64,000 bases of DNA from Carcharhinus longimanus (GCA_030264375.1 JASCQW010000032.1:37438910-37502909); one strand, 5' to 3'. Counted from the first letter of the stretch, positions 12,888-24,126 are shown. The notes: a model not told the origin generated them from the sequence alone. Numbers and translations are program-made.

Positions 12888-13078
12888 GCACGGAAATGGC
12901 TGAGAGCTCCCTGAAGGGCAATGGCGAGACCGTTCCTAGCAGAGAAGACACCAGTAATTTGGAGAAACCTGTGAATACAGAAGATGGGGCAATTTCAGGC
13001 AGTTCAGATAGTGAAGAGAGTGCAGCCAGCAGTGGTACAGCTGTCCAAAAAATGAAAAGCAGTGTAGTCCAGATTCAG
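12888..13078 (+). CDS. CWC22: CWC22 exon containing the canonical start MKSSVVQIQ (ATG 13052) and an in-frame upstream ATG (12896)
   Basis: Acceptor ttttggtcag| and donor CAG|gtaaga. MKSSVVQIQ matches the recalled human N-terminus MKSSVAQIK, with 27 coding nt before the donor. The whole exon is open in frame. Confidence 0.9.
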
Positions 13079-13227
13079 GTAAGATTATTCATTAGTCAGT
13101 CTGAAGGCGTTGTGCGGTTATAAGTACCTGAGAACTATTCACTTTCTTAAATAATTGCAATTGTATTATCCATGTGTATTTGAATGAAGTTTCTTGTTCT
13201 TATTACTGGAGTGACTAACTTGAATTT

Positions 13228-13520
13228 AAGAACATAAGAAATAGGAGCAGGAGTAGGCCATCTAGCCCTTCGAGCCTGCCCCGCCATTCAATAAGATNNN
13301 NNNNNNNNNNNNNNNNNNNNNNNNNNNNNNNNNNNNNNNNNNNNNNNNNNNNNNNNNNNNNNNNNNNNNNNNNNNNNNNNNNNNNNNNNNNNNNNNNCAG
13401 GAGTAGGCCATCTAGCCCTTCGAGCCTGCCCCGCCATTCAATAAGATTATGGCTGATCTGAAATGGATCAGTTCTACTTTCTCACTTTCTCCCCATAACC
13501 CTTAATTATCTTGTCTATCA
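13228..13520 (-). mobile_element. Young CR1 3' end spanning a gap
   Basis: taagaacataagaaataggagcaggagtaggccatctagcccttcgagcctgccccgcc; same family as the copy at 33403. Confidence 0.8.
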
Positions 13521-13659
13521 GAATTTAAACTCTGCAACTAAGAAATCCCCCCAAGTCTCACACAATAAAGATGCAACTGTTGAGTGACCTGGTTTCTACG
13601 TGAGGCAACATTGCTAATGGTTCTCTCTTCGGATGTTGTCTCCTCTATATTTGTTGTCA

Positions 13660-14440
13660 TGACCCCTCGACCCCCAGCATCCTTGCAAACTGCCACCCCA
13701 TCTCCAATTCTCTTTCCTATCCACAGTCCTTGAACATGTTGTTCACTGCCAAATCTGTGCTCATTTTTTGCAGAACCTTGAGTTTGAATCCTCCATCAGA
13801 TTTCTGCTTCTGGCGCAGTACTGAAATGTCACTTAGCAAGGTCACATATGACATCCTATGTGACATTGAATATTGGAACCTCATTTTGTCCATATCCATG
13901 CAGTCAGTCAGAGTATCAGTTGTTACGGCTTCTCTTTGCACTCCTCCACGCTTACCTCTCATGTCCCCCAAGGATGAATCCTATATCTCATTTACAAACT
14001 TCTCTTCAGTAACATCATCCAAAAAGTACAGTATGTATTTTCACATATATTCTGACATCTAGCTCTAACTCACCGCCACCTTGCTTGACTCCTCGACTAT
14101 TGCCAAACTATCAGATTGCTTATTACACATCCAGTCCTGGTTGAGCAAACATTTCCTCCAATTAAATATGAGAAAGACTGAAGGCATTCTTCTTGTTTCC
14201 CAGTTCAAGCTCCATTCCCTAGCTGCTGGATCCATCCCTCTCCCTGGCAATAGTCTGAGACTTGTAGCCTGTTTGCAATGTTTGTGTTGCATTTGAAGAC
14301 AAGATGAGCTTCCAATCATATGTTATCGCCATCACGAAAATCACCCATTTCCATCTCCATAACATTGCTCAACTTTGCTTTAGTTTCAGCTAATCTGCTA
14401 TTGAAACCTTCAGTGTGTGAAAGCTTTGGTATTTTAAAAT
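13660..14440 (+). mobile_element. L2-type LINE RT fragment
   Basis: STEMSLSKVTYDILCD resembles HSTETAL-KVTNDIL; HIYSD resembles HMYADD. Confidence 0.7.
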
Positions 14441-14449
14441 TATATTTCC

Positions 14450-15175
14450 ATGAACTGTGAGTATCGCTAGCAAGGTCAAAACTTTGTCGTCTAAGCCTTG
14501 AGAAATGGCAATGAACCCCTGCATTTGCTGGTGTAGGTACTCTCTCATTGCTGTTAGCAAGAGAATTCCAGCTATTTGACTAAGTAGCATTGAACGAAAT
14601 GGCAATTTAGTTCCAACTTGGTGGTGTTCTCCTTGGAAGAAAACTTACAAGTTGCGGTGTTCCCATCTGTCTTCTGCCCCAGTCCTTCGAGATACTTGAG
14701 GTCATAGGCTTGAACGGTACTGTTGAAGCAGGCTTGGTGAGTTGCAGTGCATTTTGCAGATGGTGCACACTGCCGCTTCCATTCTACATGGCGGTGGAGG
14801 AATGAGTGTTCAGGGTGGTGGATGAGATGCCAATCAAGCTGCTTGTTTTGTATTGGATGAAGCCGTGCTGCTTGAATGTCGTTGGAGCTGCAGACATGCA
14901 GGTAACTGGGGAATATTCCTGGCTTGTGTCTTGTGGATGATGAACAGGCTTTTGGGGCATCAGGATGTAAGTTACCTGCTGCAGAATCCCTATTTTTACC
15001 TGAAGTCGTATTCAATTCATTTTTGTTCAGTGGGTGAAGATGTTGATGTCCGAGAATTCAGAGGTGGTCATGCCATTGTATGTTAAGGCTAAATAATTAG
15101 ATTCTCTCTTGTTTGAGGTGACCATTGTTTGCTACCTAGGTAGAGCGCATGTTACTTGCCACTTCAGTGTCAAAG
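14450..15175 (-). mobile_element. CR1-group LINE 3' fragment (family also at 26820-27470 and 62410-63450)
   Basis: IQNKQLDWH and CAPSAKCTA remnants; shared tail with the other copies. Confidence 0.65.
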
Positions 15176-16151
15176 ATTGAATGTCGGCATAGGCAACAAT
15201 GTTGGCACATGGTGTTAGTGTGACTCCGTGGAGGGATGAAAAGGATGGCTGAGGGTTTCTGATTTTTGGCAGAGTGTTCTAAGGGTCCGGTTGGTTTGGA
15301 TTACGAGCCTGCACTTGTGACCTGCAGGAATAGGGGTGTCCTTGTCCTTTACAATTTTCATGGAGTTGGGTCAGCTTTTCAAAGAATTGTGATTCGCGTT
15401 TCCTTAAAAGATTTTGTGAACTATAATCGCATGAAAGAATCTTTCGAAAGATAAGTTGAAATGGTTTTTCTCATACACGTGTGTCAGACTATGGCCCTTG
15501 CATGCCCGTTTACTCAATGGGCACTCTATAGAACCAATAAACCCGACTGAAAGTAGAATTTTTTTGAAAGCTTTAAAGTAAGTAATTTGTTGATGATTTT
15601 CCACTTCTTGATCAAAAATTTAATTTGTACTGCAGTCAATATGTGTCAATTCAGACTTTTAAAGTATCAATAGCAGAAACCGCGAGCACTTGAAATCTCT
15701 TGCTCTTATGTAAATGAGCACGTTACAATTACCAGATGGGTGTCAACCAAGCAATGTTTTCCCGTAGCTCAGGTGTTTCAGTGCTCCAAGAATGCAAAAT
15801 GAGGCTTGGCTGAGAGCTCAGACATTCATTAGAGTCGGATCAGGATCATTTATACCCTAATAAATGAAGAATTCTAATCACTGTCTCTCCATCTAACTTC
15901 TTGCATCCAAGCCCCCTGATGAGCCTATCCCTCTGTGTTGATACCCCCACATTCATGCATGTACCTTTTCTGTCAGCCATCCACGTGCCTCTCGCAAGAA
16001 TATGGTGAGAAATTAGAAAAGTGGAATTAGCTTTTTGGGAGCAGCAGGAAATTGGTACTTGATGAATAAGCTTGAGAGAGGATACAGAATAAATACTTAA
16101 ATTGCTGTCTCTGTTAGATTTTCGTTTTTAATGCAATCTTTATCCTTTCAG

Positions 16152-16219
16152 CTCAATTCCAGTCAGGAGAGGCAAGACAGCCGTAGTCCATGTCGTAGAA
16201 GCTCTTCACCTGAATACAG
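16152..16219 (+). CDS. CWC22: CWC22 exon (LNSSQERQDSRSPCRRSSSPEYR)
   Basis: tcctttcag| ... AG|gtacaa; 68 bp, phase 0 to 2; similar to human ...RNSSPEDR. Confidence 0.85.
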
Positions 16220-16767
16220 GTACAATTTGATTGTATACGTTATCTTGGGTTGTTGCCCTTTAGAACTAACATAGTTCATTGAGCTGAACAAATATTTTCA
16301 AGTTTTGATCAAAGCGCTAAGTGTGTGATTGTTGACATACCTGCAATTTAATTCAGGCGTAGTGCTAAATGCAAAATAGCTTGGATAGTCATTTATTTCT
16401 GCTGTTAAATGCTTCCCATTGGAATAAAAAAAACTCTTGAACCATTGAATCAGTCAGAGTCTTGATGCCAACATCGTTGCAATTTGCTTGTAAATCAGGT
16501 TGAATGCTACTGCCTGCCTTCATTGATGGCATTGTTATTTTCTTATTGGAATTTCTTGTGCAGGTGTTTGCACTGTAAGAATGAAACATGATGAGAGGTT
16601 TTGCAACATTATGTATTTACATGATATTTCTAATGTTTCTGTTCCCATTACATTACATCCTTCAATTTTGTAAAATGATACTTAAGCATATTGTTATTTG
16701 TAGTGTTGTTTTATAAATTATTTATGTGGCCACATCTAAGTCATGTCCTATATGAACCTGTTGAAAG

Positions 16768-16938
16768 TTTGGTTAAGATCAAGTGTGGTATCTGTTCTTA
16801 TCAGTTTAATATCTGATGATATCTGATATCTGGGTACCATATATGGAGTTGATTTTTGGATAGGGTGGGGGCTTGCTCCGTCTGCTCTGCGTGTCAGCCC
16901 GGTGTTGCAGTGTCTCTGGGAACGGTGCACAAAAAAAA
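16768..16938 (+). pseudogene. U2 snRNA retropseudogene, about 15 nt missing at the 5' end, with A-tail
   Basis: tttggttaagatcaagtgtggtatctgttcttatcagtttaatatctgat matches the U2 5' half. The Sm site gatttttgg and the 3' end gggaacggtgcac are present, followed by A8. Confidence 0.93.
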
Positions 16939-17693
16939 GTGTAACATGCAGATTTGACAGGATCAGAGGGGACCTCATGTCACTACAGCACGTCAGGAAT
17001 TGTGACTCTGAAAAGCTAATCTGTTCCAATTTTCAATCTCTACATTAAATTAAAATGATGAATTAATATGAATAAACAGAGTCAGTTGTACAGAACTTGA
17101 ATATTGTTGAAGTGAGATATGTCTCTGAAATTTGTTGTGTTGTACTTATTAGGACAAACGCAAAAAATACCAAATTTTAAACCTTCATAATTTATACTAC
17201 GAGAGGAAAGAAAGGGTGCTGATCGATTGGTAAATCAACAAAAGGTTTTGGTAACATGTCTCCTTTTGGCAGTAAAATGCTTAAAAGATGATTCTTCTAA
17301 AAAACTACATTTAATCATAAACTATGCAAAGGAAATTATTTGTATTTTTCAGAGATCAAACATTCCATTTTCATTTATTTCAAAAAGCAGTTATTGATCG
17401 CCCCTTAAATGTGCCATATCATAAACGTTGTTATTTTTAGTTTGCGTCGGTACAGTATGAAAATAATATTAGAGGGTTCATAATCCCTGAAAGACAGGAT
17501 TGGGAGCCAGATGGACTAACTGCAGCAAAGTGATCAGAGAGTGAAGGAAATTGATTTGCAGGATGTTCAATATNNNNNNNNNNNNNNNNNNNNNNNNNNN
17601 NNNNNNNNNNNNNNNNNNNNNNNNNNNNNNNNNNNNNNNNNNNNNNNNNNNNNNNNNNNNNNNNNNNNNNNNNAAATAGGTTGGACTAAAACC

Positions 17694-17755
17694 TGGTGTT
17701 GTCAGACTTTTTACTGTGTTTACGCCAGTCCAACGCCAGCATACCCACATTATTC
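17694..17755. mobile_element. Penelope-like element terminus next to a gap
   Basis: gttggactaaaacctggtgttgtcagacttttactgtgtttacgccagtccaac, with an internal inverted repeat gttggact/agtccaac. Confidence 0.5.
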
Positions 17756-17869
17756 TGATGATACAGAATCAAGGCGTACCAAATATTAGCAAGCACTGGT
17801 CAAACAAATGTGACCATAAAATAATCAGAAGCTTAGAAAAGAGGGGGGAAAAACCTGATACAAATCCTG

Positions 17870-18167
17870 CATAGAATCCTACATTGCAGAGGGAGGCCAT
17901 TCGGCCCATGGAGTCTGCACCAACCACAAACCCACCCAGGCTCTACTCATGCAATCCCATGCATTTACCCTCCAATCTACTGACATGAGGGTCAATTTAG
18001 CATGGCCAATCCACTTAACCTTTACGTGTTTGGACTGTGGGAGGAAACCGGAGGAACCCACACAGACACAGGGAGAACATGCAAACTCCACACAAGATAG
18101 TGGCTCAAGCCAGGAATGAATCCCTGGTCCCTGGCACTGTGAGGCAGCGGTGCCAGCCACTGTGCCA
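17870..18167 (-). mobile_element. HE1-type V-SINE
   Basis: catagaatcctacattgcagagggaggccattcggccc...ggactgtgggaggaaaccggag...ctgtgaggcagcggtgcc. Confidence 0.9.
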
Positions 18168-18279
18168 ATTTACAGACAGTGCTATAAAATGTAGAGATGT
18201 CAATCTGCAGTTGGAAGAATCGATAGAGACCTGAAAAAGCATAGTTGTAGATGCAAAATTCAACTAAGATATTCTTTCA

Positions 18280-19280
18280 ACATCAATCTGCTTTTATGTT
18301 GCATCTTTTTAATGTAAAAAGCCACCAAAAGGCACTCCATAAATAGTAATTGAAAATGTTATTAAACCTAGAAGGAATAATCTGAAGTTGGTTTTGAAAA
18401 TGTTTTTAAAGGGAGAGAGAGAAGTGTTGGAGGCAAAGTGACTTGGGAGAGAGAATTCCAAAGAGTGAGACTGTTAAAGCTGATCTCAGCAGTGGTCTGA
18501 AGGGAAAGGATTGCACCAGTGATCTGAAACATTGAACCAAAGGATGAGATTGGGGTGTCATCAAGCTGAAGGAGATTGAGTGGGGCGAGACTGTAGAGAG
18601 ATTTGAGTATTAGGATGATTAGTTTAAATTTACAGTGTTTGAGATCTGGGAGCCAGTGTTGGTTATTGTAGATGGGGAAGTGGAAAAAGCTGCTGACAGA
18701 TGCACCTGATGTAATTAAGAGCTCGGGCGACTGTAACAAAGGAAAGGTAAGCAGGAAGCATTCGAATTGTTGAGTTTTCAGTTGACAGCAGCATGGATGA
18801 AGATTTTAACAATGGAGGAATTGAGTTTGGCTGTTTTACATAAGAAATGACAAGCTACCATGTAAAGAGATGAAATATAGTATTGAGCACAGCTTGAGGT
18901 TGTAAGAGTTTTACAGCACAAGAAGAGCCGTTTGGTACTAGAAACAACAAGGCATCCAGCACTGCTCCCTGCGGTACACCACTGGACACAGGCTTTCACC
19001 CTCTGCCTCCTCTCTCTCAGCTGATTTTTGATCCAAATTGCCCTGGATCCCATAGACTCTTAACCACTTTGGCCAGTCCCCCACATGGGACCTTGTCAAG
19101 AGCTTTACTGAAGTCCATGTAGACTACATCAGCTGCACTGATCTCATCAATGCACCTGGTCACTTCTCCAAAAAAATTCGATCAAATTTGTTAATGACAA
19201 AATCTCCCCCTGACAAAGCCATGCTGAGTGTCCATGATTAATTCTTCCTTCTCCGAGTAGAGTTTAATTCTGTCCGAGAA
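18280..19280 (-). mobile_element. Adjacent L2 and CR1 LINE fragments
   Basis: HWLP...FKLIILILKSL...LWNSL (L2 C-terminus) and an RT remnant reading as VYMDFSKALDKVPCG (CR1). Confidence 0.65.
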
Positions 19281-19761
19281 TTTCCTTACCACTGATGTTC
19301 CTCAAATAGGATGATGAGATTTTATTGGTACAGCATTAAATCCTGTAAGAAATGAGAACTTATTGGTGCAGCATTAAATCCTTAAGAGATGAAAACTCTG
19401 AGAAATGCAACAAGAGCCAAATATTGGCCAGGATAAGCAAATTTAATGTGCAGTGTTAAAGTTTTTGTCTCTCACCAAACAAATTCACAACTTTTGCAGT
19501 CCAAGACTGAAATGCTTTTAAAAAGGTAAAGCTTTTCGGACGTGTGATAATAGGGGATGAAACTATTGGGTTATTGGTGATCGCTTGAGGAAATAAAATG
19601 AAAATCCAAATGGAACAGTCAGCTTAGTGATAACTGTAAGCTTGCCTAAAGTATCTCATTTTAAAACTTGAAGTTGCCTCCTTATATGTTCAATCTGGAC
19701 TGCACTTCATCAGAAAAGTGTGGTTTTTGAAAGTGTAACCTTTTATCTTTTTCTTCTCCAG

Positions 19762-19878
19762 GCGTAAAGGTCTTATTAAGTCACGGTCAAGATCGCCAAG
19801 GGATTATCCTGACAGGAATGCCTGTGACCGAGGACCATCTAGTAATGGCAGATATAATGATAGAAATCTGCACCCTAG
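19762..19878 (+). CDS. CWC22: CWC22 exon (RKGLIKSRSRSPRDYPDRN...LHPR)
   Basis: ttcttctccag| ... AG|gtactt; 117 bp, phase 2 to 2; RSPRD motif. Confidence 0.8.
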
Positions 19879-20029
19879 GTACTTTTTTCCTATTTTGAAA
19901 TATGTCGACTATTAATGTCAATGGTTGAGATAATCATAAAAACCTAAAGCTTGAAATAACAATGGTCAGTCAGTCTATATAGTATTTAGTTATTTTGTTT
20001 CGTGTGTTCAGAGTCGCACAGAGCCAAGC

Positions 20030-20910
20030 AAATAACCTCATGAGTGGCTAAACAGAGGTATTTAAGCTCACCTTCAAGTGTAGTAAGCAGCCAGCCCTTG
20101 ACTAGGTGAGTCGTTGTTTGGACTGCACCACAGGTGCAGCCCAAATGGTCTTGGTGACCTCACTATGTTAAATGATTACACAGAGGCTTTGGTCAATTTA
20201 GAAAAGGTTCAACAGGCCCACTGTTGCCCTGGGAGATGAAAGCTGGGTGGACGAACCATTGCATCAGTGACGAGAGGTTTGTGGTGGATGTTTTCTCCCA
20301 CCATGGGACCTCAGCTGCTACTCCTCGACATGGTGAGTTTAACTATGGGGTGGCATGAGGGAAGGCGTGCTGCTGGCTGACTGAGGAAATTATGGAGTAA
20401 GGGCAGCCCTGGGTTCATGAAGACCTTCTCAAGTAACTTACTTGTTGCAATTTTCCTCCTCCTGATGTGGGGTAAGGGCGCAATTTGCTCAGGCTGGGTA
20501 CCAGTTCAGTTGGTCAGAGAAGATGTTTATGCACATCCTTGGATTATGCATTGATAAGTTTGGTGTTGGCAGATTGGTACCATACTGGGGCACAGAATTC
20601 TGCAGTTGAGTATGTAATGGAAAGAGAGGTCCTTCGAGTCTTGACCTTTGACCCGTGATATACCAGCCAGTTTGCTGAAGAGATTGTTGCAGTATTTCAA
20701 TTTTACTGCATTCTTGATAAGTTGTTGTCCATATGTGATAGTTCTCTGAAGGGCGATGCCTCGATAAACAGGTTGAGGATCATGCTGCAGTTTCTGGCAA
20801 CCTTTTGTGTTGGTATTGTGAAGTTAGAATGTGCTGGAGATTATTTTACTGCTGCCTGGTTGTCTTGCATGATGATCTCCTTTGGCCTCCTTTGTGATAT
20901 GATTCACTGA
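20030..20910 (-). mobile_element. Vingi/Ingi-like LINE fragment
   Basis: The minus strand reads KLKYCNNLFSKLAG...RTSLSITYSTAEFCAPVWYQSANTKL, resembling the Vingi motif LRTSALALCYSVAEYCAPVW. Confidence 0.6.
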
Positions 20911-21066
20911 CAGATGCAACATATATTTTCATAGTTTTCACAATAAGCTTTGTCATAATTTATTATGGGAAAGTTTACACAAATGTGATTGGAATTAAGG
21001 TTTTTCATATGAATTGTATTATAAATCTTTTGAGGACTTCACTAGAATAATTGCTTCTTAATTTAG

Positions 21067-21303
21067 AGATAGAGGCAAAGAGAAAAAAATGAACGTGGAT
21101 TGTGAATCAGATCACAGGAAAAGACAAAAATCGCCATCACCTATAACAAGAAATGAGGAAGAAACTGCCATTCAAAGCTCTTCTGAACCACCAACGAAAA
21201 AGAAAAAGGCAGAGTTAGATCCTATATTAACACGGACAGGTGGAGCATATATTCCTCCTGCCCGTCTAAGGATGATGCAAGATCAAATTGCTGACAAAAG
21301 CAG
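21067..21303 (+). CDS. CWC22: CWC22 exon (...KKKKAELDPILTRTGGAYIPPARLRMMQDQIADKS)
   Basis: Hallmark TRTGGAYIPP motif; atttag| ... AG|gtaagt; 237 bp. Confidence 0.97.
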
Positions 21304-21929
21304 GTAAGTGGAAAACAAAGTGAAGATTTGTTCTATTCACTTTGCTAGCTAAAATTTTAAGATATAAAGTGATTGCATGACTGCCCTAAAGTTGTATTCT
21401 CATTTGGCCACAACATTTGATGAAATTTAGTGCTGAGCTCACCTACGTTATGTCNNNNNNNNNNAATCTTCTGCCCCATGCTGAGTGCCATTTCTATTCC
21501 ATCCACCCTCACATTGAAATTGCAGAAGTACTAATTGGTGTGAAGTATGAAGATGGTTTTATGCTCTTGTCTCATCCTCTTTGGATGCTGATTTGGAACT
21601 GGTTCAAGAGTCTATTCCTGTGTATGAGATATTCAGGATTGATTTTAAACTCTGTTCGCAATGATATTGAGCAGTTTTGTATCAGAATATGAATGTTTCA
21701 AACCTTTAATAACCTAATAGCTTTTAAATGTAATTAATATTTAATTTCATTTGGAAACAAAAGTAAATCTGTTTTGTAAATATAGATTATATAACTCGAA
21801 AGAATAAGATTTTACTTCCTTTACGTATTAGTTGAAGTATGACCAACAGTTGTATTGAATCATACTTGTTGCTAATGCTTGCCTCGTGCCCTTGATGAAT
21901 CTTTCAGATAGGAAAAGAACTGAATAATC

Positions 21930-22105
21930 AAAGGCAAAATACTGCGGATGCTGGAATCTGAAAAAAAGAATAGGAATTGCTACAGAAACTCAGCAGGTCT
22001 GACAGCATCTGTGGAGAGAGAATGGAACCAATGTTTCGAGTCAGGTTGACCTTTCGTCAGATGCTGTCAGACCTGCCGAGTTTCTCCAATATTTTCAGTT
22101 ATTGT
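21930..22105. repeat. Palindromic Penelope-derived/MITE-like shark repeat
   Basis: Arms aaactcagcaggtctgacagcatctg (21986-22011) and cagatgctgtcagacctgccgagttt (22058-22083). An older half copy lies at about 24410-24530. Confidence 0.8.
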
Positions 22106-22187
22106 AACTGAATAATTAGTTGGGAGCTTACTCTTGCTCATTGCCTCTGCACCACATATCAAAGTGTCCATTCACCTACAAAGGATA

Positions 22188-22523
22188 TCATAGAATCCCT
22201 ACAGTGCTGGAGGAGACCATTCAGCCCATCAAGTCTGCACCGAAAACAACAATCCCACCCAGGCTCCATTTCCGTAAGCCCACATATTTACCTTGCTGAC
22301 CCTTCTAACCTATGCATCCCAGGACACTAAGGGGAAATTTAGCACGGCCACGCAACCTCACCTGCACATCTTTAGACTGTGGGAGGAAACTAAAGCATCC
22401 TGAGAAACACATGCAAACACAAGGAGAATGTGCAGACTCCACATAATGTGACCTAAGCTGGAATCAAACCCAGGTACCTGGAGCTGTGAGGCAGTGTGCT
22501 GAGCACGGTGCCACCTTGCTGCC
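22188..22523 (-). mobile_element. HE1-type V-SINE
   Basis: Same tail, V-domain and tRNA head as the 17870 copy. Confidence 0.9.
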
Positions 22524-23997
22524 GAGCTGATATTTTCCTGTCTGAGTACTGCATTAATATTGGGCCCAATTGAAATCTTGTTATCAAGTTATCCAGCCTG
22601 AATTTGTACTTGTATCCCACCACGTCTTTTTCTCAAATGGATATCTCTGTCCTGTTGTGGCCAATCTATCCCATTATGCTGCCAGTTCGTTTTTCTTTCT
22701 TTGCAGCCCTCAACATTTGAACACCTGACCTCTGTCATGCCAGATGCCTTCTTCATCAAATTCTTGGATTTTACTCTCTTATGGTATTTACCAATGAATT
22801 TTTCTGGGTGACATGAATTTTTACTTGAATCCATCCTTTCCCCTGTTGCTGACTTCCTTGCCCTTGTTGATCTTCAACATCCATGACAATGTAATATCCT
22901 GAGGCCTTAAATCTCAATCACCAAGATGACTAGTACTCGGCATTTATCCTCAATTCCTTTCTGTTACATGTACTGCAACTATGCCATATCGTTCCACTCT
23001 CTTTCCTTTGAGAAACAACTTCACAATCCTGCACACTGATCCCCTTTGATTACTGTTGGTTACGTCTAGTGCCCTTCTGCTAACAGAGTTCTTATTCCCC
23101 TGCATGCCGCAATGTTTTCCCCAACACCTCCTCTGCAGCCCTCATCAAATGTATCATGAGCCTGAAACTTGCTCCTTGATATTCATCAGACTTGCATTCA
23201 GCCGTTTGCTTACTGACTTCAGCACTATCCCTTTCCATACACTGTTTCCACCTTCTTCAAAAGTACCTTTTGGCGCCGGTAAACCCAAAATGTATCCTAA
23301 TCGTCTTCAGCATTTGCAGTCAACACTGAATCACCATCCTCCTTCTAGTCTTTAAATGTATTTTAATTTTGTAATTCTAGTTCTACCTCTACCATAATTA
23401 CACTATTGACACACCCCAACATGGCTTTCACCCAACCTACAGCACAGAACTGCTTCGATGAAAGCAATAAATAGCATTCTGTACATTGTGTCCATTTATG
23501 TTTCTGTATTTTAATGCTTCCGTGCATTTGTCTCTAATGCACCTCCTCTGCAACTCATTGCTGTAAATCAGGTTTATGATTTTCCAGTCCTGTGTTGCAA
23601 AGTGAGTATCTTCCCTGAAGCTGCCTTTCTTATATAGTATTACTTACCCCTTGACTTCATCCTTGATCTCCTTCTTTTGCTAAGTTACCATTCCATGGCA
23701 GTCTGAAAAGTGGAAGTGAGCTTTCATGAACACAAATCCCAATTCACCTGCAGATACAAATACCTTGGACACATTATTTCCCACTTGGTCATTAGCAGCT
23801 GTTTTTGAGTCACTGTGCCTTTGTTTTCTGGAAGTTGTCAGTGCTTTTCTTGCCCACAGAAGACTTTTGTTTTTATTTTCCCCATGTTAATATCTGTTCT
23901 TTTGTTCCCTTACTTGCTTGGTGTCTACCTTTTTGTAAAGTGCTCTGAGATCCCATTCTCTAATAATGCCATGCTTGTTTCTGTTTTGTTTTTATAG

Positions 23998-24126
23998 TTT
24001 GGCATACCAGCGAATGAGCTGGGAAGCTCTTAAGAAGTCAATTAATGGTCTGATCAACAAAGTGAATGTCTCAAACATAGCTAATATTATTCATGAACTT
24101 CTCCAAGAAAATATTGTTCGGGGGAG
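23998..24126 (+). CDS. CWC22: CWC22 exon, MIF4G start ([23 protein letters not shown]...ENIVRGR)
   Basis: tttatag| ... AG|gtatgt; 129 bp; near-identical to recalled vertebrate CWC22. Confidence 0.97.

Noticed and set aside
13248-13447. Direct repeat of about 50 bp on both sides of a gap
   Set aside because: An identical sequence flanking a 100-N gap points to an unmerged contig overlap.
16768-16938. Functional U2 snRNA gene
   Set aside because: The 5' end is missing, an A-tail is present, the branch-site hexamer is mutated and no PSE or 3' box was recognised.
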